Of a DNA stretch of 64,000 nt, positions 63,768 to 64,000 are shown in pieces. How positions within the stretch are numbered: the stretch's first letter is position 1; each line of letters opens with the position of its first letter. This DNA is from Basidiobolus meristosporus CBS 931.73 (Eukaryota > Fungi > Basidiobolomycota): positions 1 through 64,000 of the forward strand of contig MCFE01000044.1 in assembly GCA_002104905.1 (NCBI GenBank), given 5' to 3'. The translations under genes and the position numbers were made by a program. The notes beneath the pieces were generated by a model, which was not told the origin of the DNA, searched no databases, and saw only the letters and a list, made by a program, of their open reading frames with translations.

Positions 63768-64000
63768 TTTCAACCATTGGTCAAAGATCTTGCCATGTCA
63801 ATTCTTGATCTATTTGCACATTCAGTAGCTCCATTGAGCTATGGGAGGTATGGTACAGTGGTCTTTTTTTTGAGTATTTTGTCCAAATAATCAAAGTTGA
63901 CTTGTACAAATCTCTTGTACCAAAGTATTTATACTTCTCCAATTGAGTTATTTATTTTGGCTTCCAGACCACTTTAAATTTTTAAATTAATTACTTTTTT

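Noticed and set aside
1-64000. rRNA, tRNA, prophage or bacterial operon
   Set aside because: No recognisable structured RNA genes; spliceosomal introns and eukaryotic TEs throughout

Overview
Eukaryotic (fungal) DNA, probably from a TE-bloated early-diverging fungus such as an Entomophthorales species (inference from short GT-AG introns, SH3-WW-WW Cdc25, fungal G-gamma and island-in-repeats layout). Three zones. (1) 1-2000: decayed Ty1/copia debris. (2) About 2000-24250: CpG-rich gene island. It holds a secreted 732-aa Gly/Asn repeat protein with about 23 Tyr-anchored units, its pseudogene paralog, a broken GMC oxidoreductase, mitochondrial Prx5, a G-protein gamma subunit missed by the ORF track, an ankyrin-like orphan, two near-identical secreted proteins, an alginate-lyase-family protein with Pro-rich repeats, Cdc25 RasGEF, RPS20 (1-nt frameshift), AFG1 and MEMO1. 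(3) About 24250-64000: CpG-depleted nest of TEs. It holds two Ty1/copia families (A, B) with half-tRNAiMet PBS, including a B-in-B-in-A triple nest with readable TSDs, CACTA-like remnants, four copies of a PIF/Harbinger-superfamily element (DDE_Tnp_4 plus Myb-like ORF, ANT TSDs) and six ~733-bp fully palindromic MITEs of that family. No rRNA, tRNA or CRISPR found. All alignments and counts were done by eye and are approximate. The RPS20 indel suggests some frameshifts may be assembly errors.
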